DNA of 64,000 nucleotides from Octopus vulgaris (lineage: Eukaryota), in contig OX597828.1 in assembly GCA_951406725.2 (NCBI GenBank), positions 27,962,001-28,026,000 on the forward strand, in the 5' to 3' direction. The notes under the pieces were generated by a model. That model saw only the letters and a list, made by a program, of their open reading frames with translations. It searched no databases and was not told the DNA's origin. The position numbers and the translations under genes were made by a program. The stretch's first letter is position 1, and every line of letters begins with the position of its first letter. This document shows, piece after piece, positions 27,525-41,865 of the stretch.

Positions 27525-28802
27525 GTATGTATGACAAGCATTGTTCAGCTTTTGTTCACCAAATCCATTCACAAAGCTTGGTCAACCTAGGGCTATAGTA
27601 GAAGTCACTTGCTTAGGATGCCAGTGGGACTGAACTCAAAACCATGTGGTTGGAAAGCAAACTGCTTAACCACACAGCCACTGACTCTCCTATCATTAAC
27701 ACTATAATCACTTCCTCTGTTTATCTTCAATATGGCTACATTGAATGAAACCAAATTGTCTTTGGTTCTGATTATGTTTTGGGGAAATTTAGCAAGTTGA
27801 AGAGCTTCTACTGTTCAAGAATGGAGAACAGAATTGAATGCTTCTTAATCCCAGTTCCTCATATACTGCTGCACCTGTGGCATCTCAGTTTTGTCAATTA
27901 AAAGTTTCTCAGTGCATCTCCAAGCTTATTTTTTTCCCAGTTGCTTGCCCAGCCATGATATTGTTACCATCGTAGTGATCCTGGAGGAATAGTTTCGGAT
28001 AGGCTGTTTATATTGTATACATTAAATTCTGGCATGGAATTGATCAATAATTTTTGCCTTGTGAATGGCTTTGCTTTTAGGTATCAATTTTGTTTCTGCT
28101 AATGCTCGCTGGCTTGATATATTTATATCTCCATTCAGTGCTTGTATGTATGTACATCTGCATGTAAGCACACATACATATACACACATATATAAATATA
28201 TACATGTGTGTTTATATAATCTGTGTTTGTGTGTGTGTGCGGATGTGTAATTTATATATACTCTTTTATTCTTTTACTTGTTTCAGTCATTTGACTGCAG
28301 CCATGCTGGAGCACTGCCTTTAGTCGAGCAAATATGTATGTATGTATATATAAATATTAGTATACATGTATGTTTGTTGGCTTGTGACTCTAACTTCAGA
28401 AAATCAACCTGCTGTCTGATCATCAATCAGTCTGGTGGGTACACAAACCAAATTGCTTACGTCTTCCTCAGACAACAAGATAGACAGATGTTTGTAAATG
28501 CAGTCTCTTCCAGGTGAAGAATATACAACCCAACATAGGCTAGGAGCTAGTAACCACAGAATTAAAGCTAGGAGGACCCAGAGAAACAAATCAATCTGGA
28601 AAAGGAGGTTATGGAAGCTCAAAACCAACAAACCAGTAGAAAATGCACCCCCCATTACACTCTGTAAAATGGTTGGCATTTGAAAGGGGCATCCAGACAC
28701 AGGAACCATGTGAAAGCAGACTGTAGTGCTTGGCACAATCCTCTGGCCCACCACTTCCTTTCAAACCATGCCACCCATGACATTGACCAATAATGTCTTG
28801 CA

Positions 28803-29429
28803 AACAACTTGCACATGCAAGTGCTACCAGTTAAAAGCTCCGTATACCGGAAGCTAGCAAGTGTATGGGGTCATCAGGAGAGAATGTGCGCCATTTCGGG
28901 GCCTACCTCTCGACGGCATCAATGCACACCGGCCCCCCTCACTGATCAGCTGGTTATAAAGAACTCAATATACTTCTAGCCATTGCTCATCATCTCTTTT
29001 TAACCAAATCCAGTGGCTAGCCTTCTCCACTGTAGATTGGATATCAGTCATGGTGGTATTGACTTTACGGTGAGTTAGGCCTAGCGATAACAACAGTCGT
29101 CTCACGCTGTGTCCAACAAACCCTCTACATCCGACTTCGATAGGAAAATGTTCCGCTTTCCAGCCTGCGTCTTCACATTCCTCGAGGAGGTTTTCATAAC
29201 AGTTCAATTTTCGAGCCCGTGCGGTGTCCATATTATCTTCATGAGGAACCGTTAGCTCGACTATATTTACAACTTTCTTTCTTTCACACCACATCAAAAT
29301 ATCTGGTTTTTTCGTAACTGGGATGGGAAAGAAAACTTGGCACCCAGCTAAATCTGCAGTTACCTCCCAATAGCCGTTCCACTTTTCATTTTTCTCAGGA
29401 AGTTTCTTGATCTTCTTCTTGTAACGGAT
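28803..29429 (-). mobile_element. 5'-truncated LINE with restriction-like endonuclease, HERO-like, plus ~160-nt 3' UTR
   Basis: Uninterrupted frame 29429-28965: KPDILMW...K.V.IVELTVPHE...RK...YENL...C...GW...PIEVGCRGF...ASHWIWLKR (PD-(D/E)xK RLE domain). Confidence 0.88.
28867..28938 (-). ncRNA. Hammerhead-like RNA with non-circularly permuted core strands in the LINE 3' UTR
   Basis: Minus: GGGGGGCC gg TGTGC attgat GCCG TC GAGAG gta GGCCCC GAAA TGGC GCACA tt CTCTC CTGATGA cccc. Confidence 0.55.
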
Positions 29430-31321
29430 TTATGTAACAGTGATATAAATACATACATATGTACACATGATATGTAAATAAATGTATATAATTGATATAT
29501 ATATATTCAATTGATATATATATATATATACATGCACACACACACATTGATCTTTTTATCTATATACCTACACACATATATGTAAACACACCCAATCACA
29601 CACACACATATATAAATTTTTAATGTTTTTTAAACTTTCATTCATAATTATTCTTTATCTATGTTAATTACCAGCCATTACAAAGACATTTTCTTCAAAT
29701 TACCAGAAATACAAATTAAAGATAAAGTTTAGACACAAATAGGTGTGGATTTTGTTTTTTTCAATTTTGCATCCTTTTCTTTAATCTTTAATCTCAATCT
29801 TCAGGATTTTTATCTCCATCATTTATAATAATTTCTGCATACATTTAAAAAAAAAAAAAGTTATTGATTGTTTATATAACTAAACTGAAAATGATATTGT
29901 ACTTAAAGACCTTTTAATAATCAACAAAACGTCATGGATGTCCTTTTCCATTGATCCTTGATGTTTTTAAGAAATTTTCTTGAACTCACTCCGTCTCGTT
30001 TGCAACTTCAGTAATTATCTCTTTTCTACAACAACATACATGCAATTACAAACAGCTAAACAGCAATGGTTATTCCATTGATAAGGATTATGGTTGATCT
30101 GTTGTCATCACTTCTATTTGATCTTCCCCCCTTTTCATATTTGATCAAAATCAAAAAGAGATTCTTACACTACGCTACTGTCAACTGAAACCGTTATTGT
30201 TATTATTACTACTACTACTATTACTACTTCTACGACTACTACTACTACTACTACTTCTACTGCATCAGCTCCATTTGATATTAGCACAGATTTATTGTTT
30301 AGGTATTAAAGTAGGAAGCAGGGAAAAGAATGCTCAGTTCTTTCATAGTAAATTCCATTTTATTTATAACAGTTGCCAAACATTACAGGAAATCACTTTG
30401 ATGTCCAGTTCTTGTTTATGACATACATTCTTCACATTTCTTATATAATTTCTTACTAGCAGATACTATTAATCTGAAGATTGCAACGATAACAGGTGTG
30501 AATATGTTATGAACTCCGTAATTAGTGTTTGTTATTTGCTAATGGTACTCTGTTCTCTAAAATTAACTGCTGATACATCTTTGTTGTGCTATTATGCTTA
30601 TTCTCTTCATTATTGCTACCCTCATGATTTAACATACATTTAGAGTCTATTGTATTACTTCTCTTTAATTCTGTTTATCATAATAGCTTCCCGCTACATT
30701 CAGTTCTGTTCATGTGGGGACTAGTCTCTGCTTCTTAACTTAAACTTGGAGCAAAATCACCATGGTCATCATCACCATCATTGTCATCATGATCATCATC
30801 ACCATCACCATCAGAACCACAATCATCATCATTATTATTTACATTTGCATTCCACGCTAGCATGGGTTAGATGGCTCATCATGCTCCACATCAGTTCTGT
30901 AATTTAGGATCACTGTCCTCCCGGGTGAGTCAGAAGACCCCATATGTTACACTTGTACATTTTACGTTTGGCTTGGTTGTTAAAGCTGGTTACCCTAACC
31001 CCAACCATTTCACAAAGTGTAGAAAGGACCATTTTATCCTGGCACCACCAGCACCAGATTACTGTCATGTCCTTACCATTTATCTTTTACTTGTTTCAGT
31101 CATTGGACTGCAGCCATGCTGGGGCACTGCTTTGATGGGTTTCCTTGGACACTCACATTACTCACATTACTAACTTTTTCAAGTCTGCTGCTTATTCTAT
31201 CAGTTGATTTTGCTGACCTGCTAAGTTATGGGGATGTAAACAAATTAACACTAGTTGCCAACTGATAATAGTCATGATAATGATAATGGTGAGGAGGAGC
31301 AGGATAATCATCATCATCATA

Positions 31322-31710
31322 ATGATGTGTAATGTTAGTGTGCATACACAACAGAGAGTAAGCGCCCTGAGAGAAAAGTTGGATTTAAGAAGCATCAGAT
31401 GTAGTGTGCAAGAGAGACAACTGCACTGGTATGGTCATGTGCCAGTGGCATGTGATAAACAACATTCAAGTATGGTCGTTGCCAGTGCCGCCAGTCTGCC
31501 TCCCGTGCAGTTAGCACATAAAAACACCTTTTGAGCATGGTCTTTGCCAGAACTGCCTGACTGGCCCTTGTGCTGGTGGCACGTAAAAGCATTCACTACA
31601 CTCTCGGAGTGGTTGGTGTTAGGAAGGGCATCCAGCTGTAGAAACTATGCCAGATCAGATTGAGCCTGGTGCAGCCTCTGGCTCACCAGTCCTCAGTCAA
31701 AACGTCCAAC
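31322..31710 (+). mobile_element. RTE-type LINE fragment joined to its 3' tail domain
   Basis: MCNVSVHTQQRVSALREKLDLRSIRCSVQERQLHWYGHV (L.W.GHV motif), then ggttggtgttaggaagggcatccagctgtagaaact tail shared with 54680-54897 and 59888-60300. Confidence 0.75.
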
Positions 31711-32334
31711 AGTGCATTTTGTTGCATTTAACATTTATATCACATATTTTCTGCTATCCAGTGTCTTTTTCCAAATATAGAATGCAGTCAGGCACTGGTA
31801 GTTTGGTAATAACAGAAAGAGGTGCCGACATTAAAATTAAAGAGAAATGTACCATTAAAGACTGAGCTAAATTTTGCCTGTCCGTTATTGTTCTAAAATT
31901 CAGATCTTTACAAAAGGACTTCGTCCCAAGATGGCTGGTTTGTTGTTTAAGCTGCAAGATATGTCAACAGGACCTGTTTACTGGTTTGGAGAGATCTGTT
32001 AACTTGTCAGTTTTAAATAGCACATCGTTTCAACAAGCATCCCTGCTGTTTGTATTCATAGTCAACAATAACTTAGGGTTATATTCCTTTGTGTGATTGA
32101 AGTTTAGATCAAAATGTAATATTACAATTGTTAAACTAATGAAAATGCTTTGTTCAATGAATGATGTCTTCTAGTTTTTTTCCTTTTAATTACTAAATTC
32201 TGGTTATTCAAAGTGAACAAGTTTGTGTAACATTTTACACTTTCCATCGTTCCTTCAAGATACACTAAGCTATAAACACAGCCGCTCAACTTGTTAGAAA
32301 TGGCAATGAAATTCCTCAAATTAGTAAGACTTCA

Positions 32335-32891
32335 GCACAGCCATGGCTGAGTGATTAAGAAATTTGTTAGACAACCACGTCCTTTCAGTCCCCCTGTGCA
32401 GCACCTTAGGCAAGTGTCTTCTGTTATAACCCCAGGCTGACTAAAGGCTTGTGAATGGATTTGGCAGACCAAAACTCAAAGAAACCAAAAGAAGCCTATA
32501 AGAGTGGCTGTGTGGTAAGTAGCTTGTTTACCAACCACATGGTTCCGGGTTCAGTCCCACTGTGTGGCACCTTGGGCAAGTGTCTTCTACTATAGCCTTG
32601 GTCCGACCAAAGCCTTGTGAGTGGATTTGGTAGACGGAAACTGAAAGAAGCCTGTCGTATATATGTATATATATATATGCATGTGTGTGTTTGTGTGTCT
32701 GTGTTCCCCTAGCATTGCTTGACAACCGATGCTGGTTTGTTTATGTCCCTGTTACTTAGCAGTTTGACAAAAGAGACCGATAGAATAAGTACTGGGCTTA
32801 CAAAAGAATAAGTTCCAGGGTCGAGTTGCTCGATTAAAGGTGGTGCTCCAGCATGGCCGCAGTCAAATGACTGAAACAAGTAAAAGAGAGT
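32335..32891 (+). mobile_element. SINE family A (old head 32335-32498 followed by a young full copy from 32501)
   Basis: gagtggctgtgtggtaagtagc...ggttccgggttcagtccc...gactgaaacaagtaaaagag. Confidence 0.92.
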
Positions 32892-33804
32892 AATATAAAG
32901 TGGTTGGCATTAGGAAAGGCTTCCAGCCATAGAAACCATGCCAAAGCAGACAAATGAAGCCTAGGCACACTCCTCTAATGTGCCAGTTCCTGTCAAACTG
33001 TCCAATCTATGACAGCATGGAGAGAGCAGTATATATACTGATCAGGCACTGACAGTGTGTCGTTGGCCAGCTGGAGGAGATGTCTTCCTGAGGCTATAAA
33101 CTACAGTAATCTAAAGACTGAAAGAGTTGGACTTCTGTTAGAGGCCTGTGCAACATTATGTCATAGCGAACTGAATCAAACTGTTTTAAATGATACATGT
33201 AACTCCTTCTGAATATGTGTGTTTGCATTAAGCCTTGTCTTCATATCCTGTGATGATTGTGATCGACCAACACTGTCGTACAATTTATGTTGTTTATTTC
33301 CAATCTTCCATAAAAACAAGCCTGGTCATGGGGAAATATTACCTGTGCTTGGAAATAAGTGAAGGTTGGTGACAGGAAGGGCATCTGGTCATAGGAAATC
33401 TGCTTCAATGAATTCCATCCAACTCATGGAAACATGGACATTAAATTGATGATGATGATCATCATCATCACCATTATGTTCCCAATGTTTTGAGCCGAAC
33501 ATACTTACGAATATGAAAGCAGCAGAAAATGCATATTTTACCATATTTTTGTTAAGGAATCATAGTAAGGCACAAAACTTTTGGAATACTCCTCATATGT
33601 ATGTGTGTGTATGTGTATGTGAACACACATACAGATACACTAATGCATAAATATGCATGCAAGCACACGCATACACACACACACAATCACACAGATACAT
33701 GCACTCAGATATTTGTGTGTGTGTGTATAGATACACACACAGAGACACACACACACATGTACGTAATCCTAGGTGTGTGTAATTGAAATAACTAGAAAGG
33801 AACA

Positions 33805-34470
33805 TATGATTGGTTATGCAAATGCAGTTAATTCACAAACACACACACACACATACACACACACACACACACACATACACACATACACACACACACACAT
33901 GCTGACTCTAATTCTGTATTATGCAAATGAACGGCAGTATATGAACTGTTTAAATTCTCTGATTACCAGTGAAGCTCTTAAAGAGTCTAATCTTTGTCAT
34001 CTGTGTATTACAGTGGAAACTTAAATTACAAGCATCATTAATCAATGTTGTAAATAGCTGGGGTGAGTCATCACCAGCTACCCAAAGTTGTCATTCTCTC
34101 ACATCAGTCAGCATCTCTACAGGCTTTTCTTTCATAAATCAAGGTTAACTAGTGAACTTGCCCCTTATATGTTACAAACAGATGCTTCCCAACGACGAGA
34201 TTCTTCGTTCCTCGCCGCTCGCTCACTCACTCACTTGCGCACTCAACATCCGCGCAAAGCCTACTAAAGTCTCTTACAGGACTCTACTTGCCAAAAGAGG
34301 ACCAATGCATGAGTGATGTGTTGGTTTATCTCATTCATCGACGACTTGCTGCTGCTGCTGCTGCTGGTGGTGGTGGTGGTGGTGGTTGCTGCTGTTGTTG
34401 TTGTTGTTGTTGTTGCAGGGCTGCTGTGGGATGACGCTACTGTGTCACACATTTGAATTATGGATCTGCA
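33805..34470. promoter_or_regulatory. Candidate regulatory island
   Basis: Two ATGCAAAT octamers (33816, 33921), ATTGG (33809), TGAGTCA (34064), near-CArG ccttatatgt (34163), CpG-retaining stretch 34190-34260. Confidence 0.3.
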
Positions 34471-34474
34471 TTCT

Positions 34475-34512
<38 letters not shown>

Positions 34513-35687
34513 GTTACACTTCTAAGTCTTTCTGCCAAGACCTAAATAAGTCCGTTTGCTCTTCCCCCTTTGTTTTTGTTTTTTGCTTGTTTGTTGTTGC
34601 TGTTTTTTTTTTTTAATGTCTTCCACTCTACTTCTTAATATCATATTTTCTTTATACCCTAATCTAATCAGAAGTCAATAATCTCAGGACTGATTTTCAA
34701 ATCAAGATTGTAGATCCCTAAAAAATATCAACTCAGCTATAATTTGAAATAGAATCTATACCTTTTCTTCATAAACACACAATTTCTCTGAACCTTAAAA
34801 AAATGGTTACACCACTTTGCATTCTTTTATCTCCTTGTAGACAGAAAAAGTGAAATCTATTTGACCACTTTCTAGTCTACTCTACAAAAACTTTTGTCAA
34901 AGAAAGTGTACCATTCTTCTGGAAAGATTAGTAATTTACATCTATTTGTAATATATGAAATAAACATTAAGTTAGTCAAAATATATTTGTGACATATTTT
35001 AACTTCTGAAGGCAAATTCATTGCAAATACCGTGAAGAAGAAATTCTTACTTATGGTAGGAATTCTCACTTATCTGCCCAGTGTCTCTGGAAATACTGAG
35101 TTGAGGAGGTGTTTTTTTACAGCCCTTTTACCATAAGCTAGAATTTCTTCTCCATGGTAGCTGCAGTGAATTTCCCTGTAGAATATTAGATATGTCACAG
35201 TTATTTTAACTAAGCTAAGGTTTGTCTATGTAAAATGCATAAAAATCATTCCCTTTTTAATTCTGGTGTTTTTGAGAAAAATCTGTTCTTGTTCAAATAT
35301 ACGCACACTAACGAACACGAGTCCTGAATATAAATAACTTTTAATATATATCTGTGAATCACTATGATGTGTGATGGTGCAGACTCACCACTATTTTAAT
35401 AAAATAATAGTTGGAGAACTTGTCAACATTTCAATTTTCGAGTTTTTATTGTTTTAACCTCAATAAAATATCAAAACAATTTATATGAATCTTCCCTTCA
35501 TATTTAATTCTCTGAGGATCCACACTATCTATTTTCGATGTAAACTTATTTTTTTCATAGGCACAGGATTGGCTAAGGGGTTAAGAAACTTGCTTTGCAA
35601 TCATGGGGTTTCAGATTCAACACCTTGAACAAATACCTCAAGGTTGAATTTAGTATGCTGAGTATGTGTGGACGCCTATCAAATATA

Positions 35688-35982
35688 TTCGAGGCCTGGC
35701 TGAATAGTTCACAGGCTGACCAATATATTATCATGGAATGTGACCGAATGAGGTTTATTTTTCAACAGCCCCATCCCCCCTCCACACACACATTTCTGCA
35801 GTCTATGCACTTCTTCCGTTGGCGTTGCAGTGCACTTGGATCCCATTGGTGAAGAAGCTTTCCCGCCATTGCTGAAAAAAGTTACCAACAATAGACATGG
35901 CGCCAGTCTCACTGTGATGCCAGTTCCCAGCCAAGTGCTTTTCCTTGTTAGGGAACAGATTATAATCAGATGAGACCAATAC
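35688..35982 (-). mobile_element. Mariner 3' fragment with TIR
   Basis: Minus frame SSDYNLFPNKEKHLAG...FFQQWRESFFTNGIQ matches the mariner C-terminus; terminal cgaggcctggctgaatagttcacaggctgac. Confidence 0.75.
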
Positions 35983-36106
35983 ATTTCTTAATACATTTCT
36001 TAAATTCCAAATTCAGCTTATTTCCTCTTAAAATACACACATCTGTTTCAGAACAAAGTGTTACATGAGTAGAGAGCAATTATAAGAAAAAGAGATCATA
36101 CATATA

Positions 36107-36147
<41 letters not shown>

Positions 36148-36150
<3 letters not shown>

Positions 36151-36550
36151 CGCAGGAGTGGCTGTGTGGTAAGTAGCTTGCTTACCAACCACATGGTTCC
36201 GGGTTCAGTCCCACTGCGTGGCATCTTGGGCAAGTGTCTTCTGCTATAGCCCCGGGCCGACCAATGCCTTGTGAGTGGATTTGGTAGACGGAAACTGAAA
36301 GAAGCCTGTCGTATATATGTATATATATATATGTGTGTGTTTGTGTGTCTGTGTTTGTCCCCCTAGCATTGCTTGACAACCGATGCTGGTGTGTTTACGT
36401 CCCCGTCACTTAGCAGTTCGGCAAAAGAGAGCGATAGAATAAGTACTGGGCTTACAAAGAATAAGCCCCGGGGTCGATTTGCTCGACTAAAGGTGGTGCT
36501 CCAGCATGGCCGCAGTCAAATGACTGAAACAAGTAAAAGAGTAAAAAGAG
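36148..36550 (+). mobile_element. Full-length young SINE family A (reference copy)
   Basis: A box tggctgtgtggt, B box ggttcagtccc, CpGs retained, (gtaaaaga)n tail, preceded by (TA)n. Confidence 0.95.
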
Positions 36551-37597
36551 TATATGTGTGTATTTATATATTGATATAAACGAGTGGGTGTTTGTCACCT
36601 ATGCTTCAAATCATGTAGATTTCTAGTGGGACTGAATAGTCATCTGGGAGGTCATGGAAGGAAGATGAAAAATGCTATTGACAATGAGGGATCTCAGAGA
36701 GATGGCAACCATCTGTTAAGATGGAGCGATCACCTTACATAGATCCTAATGGTCTGAAGAGATGCTGTAAAGCTAAATGTTTCATGGACTTGAAACCCTG
36801 GGTAACCTCACAGTCCGGCCATGACTATCTCTACCTTATTACTCCACTGCTCTATAACTTTAAGTGTGTTTCTCCTTCAGATTCATGCCTTACTGACCAT
36901 GTGTGTGTGTGTGTGTGTGTGTACACACACATATCAGCTATAGTATTTAATTCCATTTCATTATTTAGGTATGTAAAATACATAATAGAAACTAACCAAA
37001 CGTTGCAAATACCAAAGACCTTAACGGTAATTGTATTCCTTGAGGTGCACCAAATGGTACAGAATATTATAGCGATGGTGGTAAATGAAGTTTAAGATGA
37101 AAGTTGAGTAATGGTAGCACCAAGGGAAGAAGGAAATGGAAAATAAAAACAAATTAAACATAATGACAGTTTTTTTTTGTATTTTACTTGTCAAAATGCT
37201 TAATATCTAAAGAATTTGATTCATTTAATTCTTCAAAAAATTTCCAGTTTTCTTTTATTTCCATTCAGTATAACCAACATTGTTTTGTTTCCTCTCCTTC
37301 CAACATCCTCACTCCCCTAAAGAGCCTCATGACTGCTACCTAGGCCCTTCCTTGTTCACCTTCTAACCCCTCCCCCATTCCTCCCTCTACAGCTATTACA
37401 CTGTTCTATTCTCAAAAGAATGAGATCTTCCAGAGGCGCTGTTGTTCAATGCTACCATTTTGTTGTTAGCAATTTTCAACAATAAATTGATTGTGAATAT
37501 TTAAATTGAATTCCAGCCTGGAACATACAAGCTCTCATACCAACGCTTCAATCACACACATTCATAGTTCTGTCATAGAGCCATGCACTAGTACATG

Positions 37598-37631
<34 letters not shown>

Positions 37632-37863
37632 TTCTCTCATATATAGATAGATAGATGTAGATATAGACAGATGGGTATACTGTGTAATATATATATATAT
37701 AAATATGCTACGTAATACATATATATATATATAAAATATTTATATATATGTATGCTATATATATGATATATATTATAATATGTATATATAAATAATCCAT
37801 AACTATGCCATGAATCCAACAAAATATATTTTGTTTTCCCTGATGTATATGCATATGTGTGTG

Positions 37864-37894
<31 letters not shown>

Positions 37895-38597
37895 GCGTGT
37901 GTGTCTGTGTGTATACACACACATATATATATATATACATATATATATATGCATTGTGTGTGTGTAGGTAGGTATAGATATATCACACTCACTTGTACAC
38001 AAACACAAAACAAAAATAATCAAACATGGCATTACCCCCACCACCCCTGCATATTCTCCTTATACTTACCCTTCTATGTTCTCTCTATCTTTCCAGTTCT
38101 TTCTATTTTATTTCACCCACCCCCCCCCACTTACATTCATCATACACTACTTTTCTTCCCTTTCTTCTCACCCCCCACCCCCCGATCCCTCCATTTCTAC
38201 TCCCTATTCAAGCCTTTATTTCTCGGCTTTTTCTTTCTCTTTCCCTGAAATCCTCCCATTGTAGTTATGTAATAATGTCTTCGCCATTTTGCTCTAACAG
38301 CTAACGGTGCAACGAGAAACATTTCCTTAGAGTTTTTAATGAGATTAAAGACAACAGCATGGCTATAGAACGGTATTAACAGACACAGCTTGGAGCAAGG
38401 TCTTTGTATGAAATGAAACTGTTCACAGATTCTAAACCCTACAAACATCAGCGCCAACGCCATTAACAGTGTTTACCACTTTTCTTCCTCTACGCAATCT
38501 TTCTGTTCTTCAATCTTTGTCGCAGTATTCCTTACAATTCCATATTCTTCATCAAATGTTGTTATTACTCATTCCTCCTTGTCTTCAATTATATTAA

Positions 38598-38833
38598 GGC
38601 GCCGAGCTGGCTGAAATGTTAGCACACCGGGTGAAATGCTTAGCGGTATTTCATCTACCGTTACATTCTGAGTTCAAATTCCGCCAAGGTCAACTTTGCC
38701 TTTCATCCTTTCAGGGTCGATAAATTAGGTACCAGATGCATACTGGGGTCGATATAATTGACTTAATCCCTTTTTCTGTCTTTGTTTGTCCTCTTGATGT
38801 TTAGCCCCCCCACCCCGTGGGCAATAAAGAAAT
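38598..38833 (+). mobile_element. SINE family B
   Basis: ggcgccgagctggctgaaatgttagcac...gagttcaaattcc...ctttgcctttcatcctttc; matches 50485-50718 and copies at 56.7 and 58.1-59.2 kb. Confidence 0.9.
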
Positions 38834-40421
38834 ATATATTAAAGTTTATGTTGTTTCAGCATGGCCACATCGTCATTGTCATCATATGTCCACTTTCCAT
38901 GCTAATATGGCTCAGATGAGTTGTCATGGTTCCAATAAGTTCTTATTTGTAGTTAGCACCATCCTTGATGGATTGGAAGTTCATCTTTCATCCATGTTTT
39001 AAACTTGGTATCAATGTGGACACTTTTCTTTTTGCAACCACTTTACAGAGAGTACAGAGAGTACAAACATATTTACTAGAGTACTACACCATCTTTATCT
39101 TGAATATAGTGTGACTCACTAGATTTTATATATCAAAAAAAATCAGTGATATATTTTTCATCTTTTCATGTTTATTTTAATTTTACACTCAAATCTGATG
39201 CTACCCAGAAATTTTGATTGTTACTTTTTGTATTTAATTTCTTCCCCTATTCATCAGGAAATAGGAAAAGTTTATCAATATAGCAAAAATATAAAATGCA
39301 TAAAGAAAATAATATTAAAATACTTTAATAGCATTTTTTTAGTACAGTTCTCTCAGTTAGATAATCAGCCTAATAATAAGTGTGATATAGAAAGATAGCT
39401 ACAATATCTAATAATTATAATAATAATAAAAAAAGAATGGCTAAGTCCAATCCTAGATTAGGATGAAGAAATAAAACTTAAAAGACAAACACAAGAGAGA
39501 AATATATTCTTTCTGTTTTTCTTTATTGGTGTTGTTGCCAACTGTGATTCCCTATGAGAATTGCAGTTTCTCCTGAATAAGTCATTGTGTATAATAATAA
39601 CTAAACAGAATTTTGAGGTGAGAAAACAGTTTATACATAGACAGTTTAATCTTATACTATATATGAGATATTCAAAGCCATGTTTGTTCTATGTAAGCTG
39701 ATAATGTTGGGTTTTTTTTTGTTTATTTTTTAAATTTTTAGTTCTGTTATTATGGTTGTTTTGAGGTCAAAGACTAAAATAGATTTCTGTTTTGAAGAAC
39801 AAGGACCCGACAGTGCTCCAGAGTTTGCAATTCAGTCATAAAAATTGTGTGCAATTTATTTGACAAGGTTTATGAGTGATGACAGCAACTCAGTATGCAA
39901 GTAGTCAATTGAAAAGATCAGAATAGATTTCATGAATTAAAGATTTTTCAAAACTTTATGCAACGGAAATTCTATGAGCATTACACTTGTATGTTTTTTT
40001 CTACTTTTTAAAAAAAAATTTCTACTGAAAAAATAATAATACAACATTTATTAAAGCTCAAGTATTTAAACTGGCAATATCTATTCCAAATATTCTAGGT
40101 GTTCTGTGTTCAAACCAGCCCTATCCAGCCTCTCACACTTACCCTATATTGTTATTTCAACAAATAAACAATCAGAAGCTTGCTTCCAAATCACATGGTT
40201 TTGGGGGTCAGTTCCCTTCGGTGGTTCTTTGGGCTAAGTGTCTTCTACTATAGCCTCAAGTCAACCAAAGCCTTGAAAATGGATTTGGTAAAACTCAAAT
40301 GTAGGATCATGTGGTTTCAGGTTCAGTCCCATTGCATGGAAATTGAGCAAATGTCTTCTACTACTATACCCCAAGGTTGACCAAAGCCCTGTGGGTAGAT
40401 TTGGTAGACAGAGTCCCGTTG

Positions 40422-40473
<52 letters not shown>

Positions 40474-40748
40474 GCACACATGCACATTTATGTAACTCTG
40501 CAATTGTCTGACATTCCATTCAACAGAGTGTGTTATGCTGCTTGCCAACCAACAAGGTAAGATCATTTGAATGCTACAACTCTGCAAGGAAGCGCATTGT
40601 GACTAGCAGTGTTAAGCAACATCTCACAGTCAGGTCAATACAATGATAATGTGTTTTGTCATTGTTTGCATCTTGCTTCTACTCTCTGGACTCCCCCACC
40701 ATTCACCCACCCAATATGTATGTGTGTGTGTATATATACACACATATA

Positions 40749-40945
<197 letters not shown>

Positions 40946-40956
40946 GATGATGATGA

Positions 40957-41049
<93 letters not shown>

Positions 41050-41865
41050 TGTGTATTTATAGATAGCTATAAATATAAATATATATATATCTGAATACAC
41101 ATACATTATATGTCATAGATACAGATATCCTAGTGATATTACTACTATTACTACCACCTTCCATTCACGTATAACCTTTGAACCCTGTCACCTTTCAATC
41201 TATTCTCTTCCCTCTTTATCCCATTTCGCTACTATTTTGTTTTATCCCACCAAAAATCTTGGCTTTCCAAATCTGATCTTTGTGCTGTGTATTTTCTTCT
41301 CTCTTCTTAACCATTCTCTTATTTCTATAGAATTTTTTTTTTTGTTTTTTTTTTTTTTGCAATATTTACATTATCTTATTTCAATTATTTTGTCTATAAT
41401 ATTTTTTTTTATGTCTCCTTTGTTTTGATCAAAATTTCTTTACCTGAATTCACTTCATAAGTTAGGTCAGACCAAATAGCGACCCCACAACTATGGCCTT
41501 ACTCTATTATAACCAGCCTAAGCTTATTTGTCTACTCACTGATATCTTTTGTTGTTGTTGTTGTTGATGTACATTCATTTTTACTTTTCAATTTTTTTTT
41601 CTTTTCTTCATGATTCCATTCTATTTTTGTTATTATTTAACCATTTTCTTTGCAGAAACTTTAACTGCACATCTCTCTATCTCTTTCTCTCTCTCTCTCT
41701 CTCTCTGTCATTCACTTTCTTCCCACAGGCGACATATATCTTTTTCTTCTTTCCCTTGAGCTGATCTCCTTTTCTCAACTCTAGAATGACATTGTAGGCA
41801 TAAAACTAGTATGTGCAGAATATTTATGCATGTGTGTGTGTGTGTGTGCATATATATATATATAT

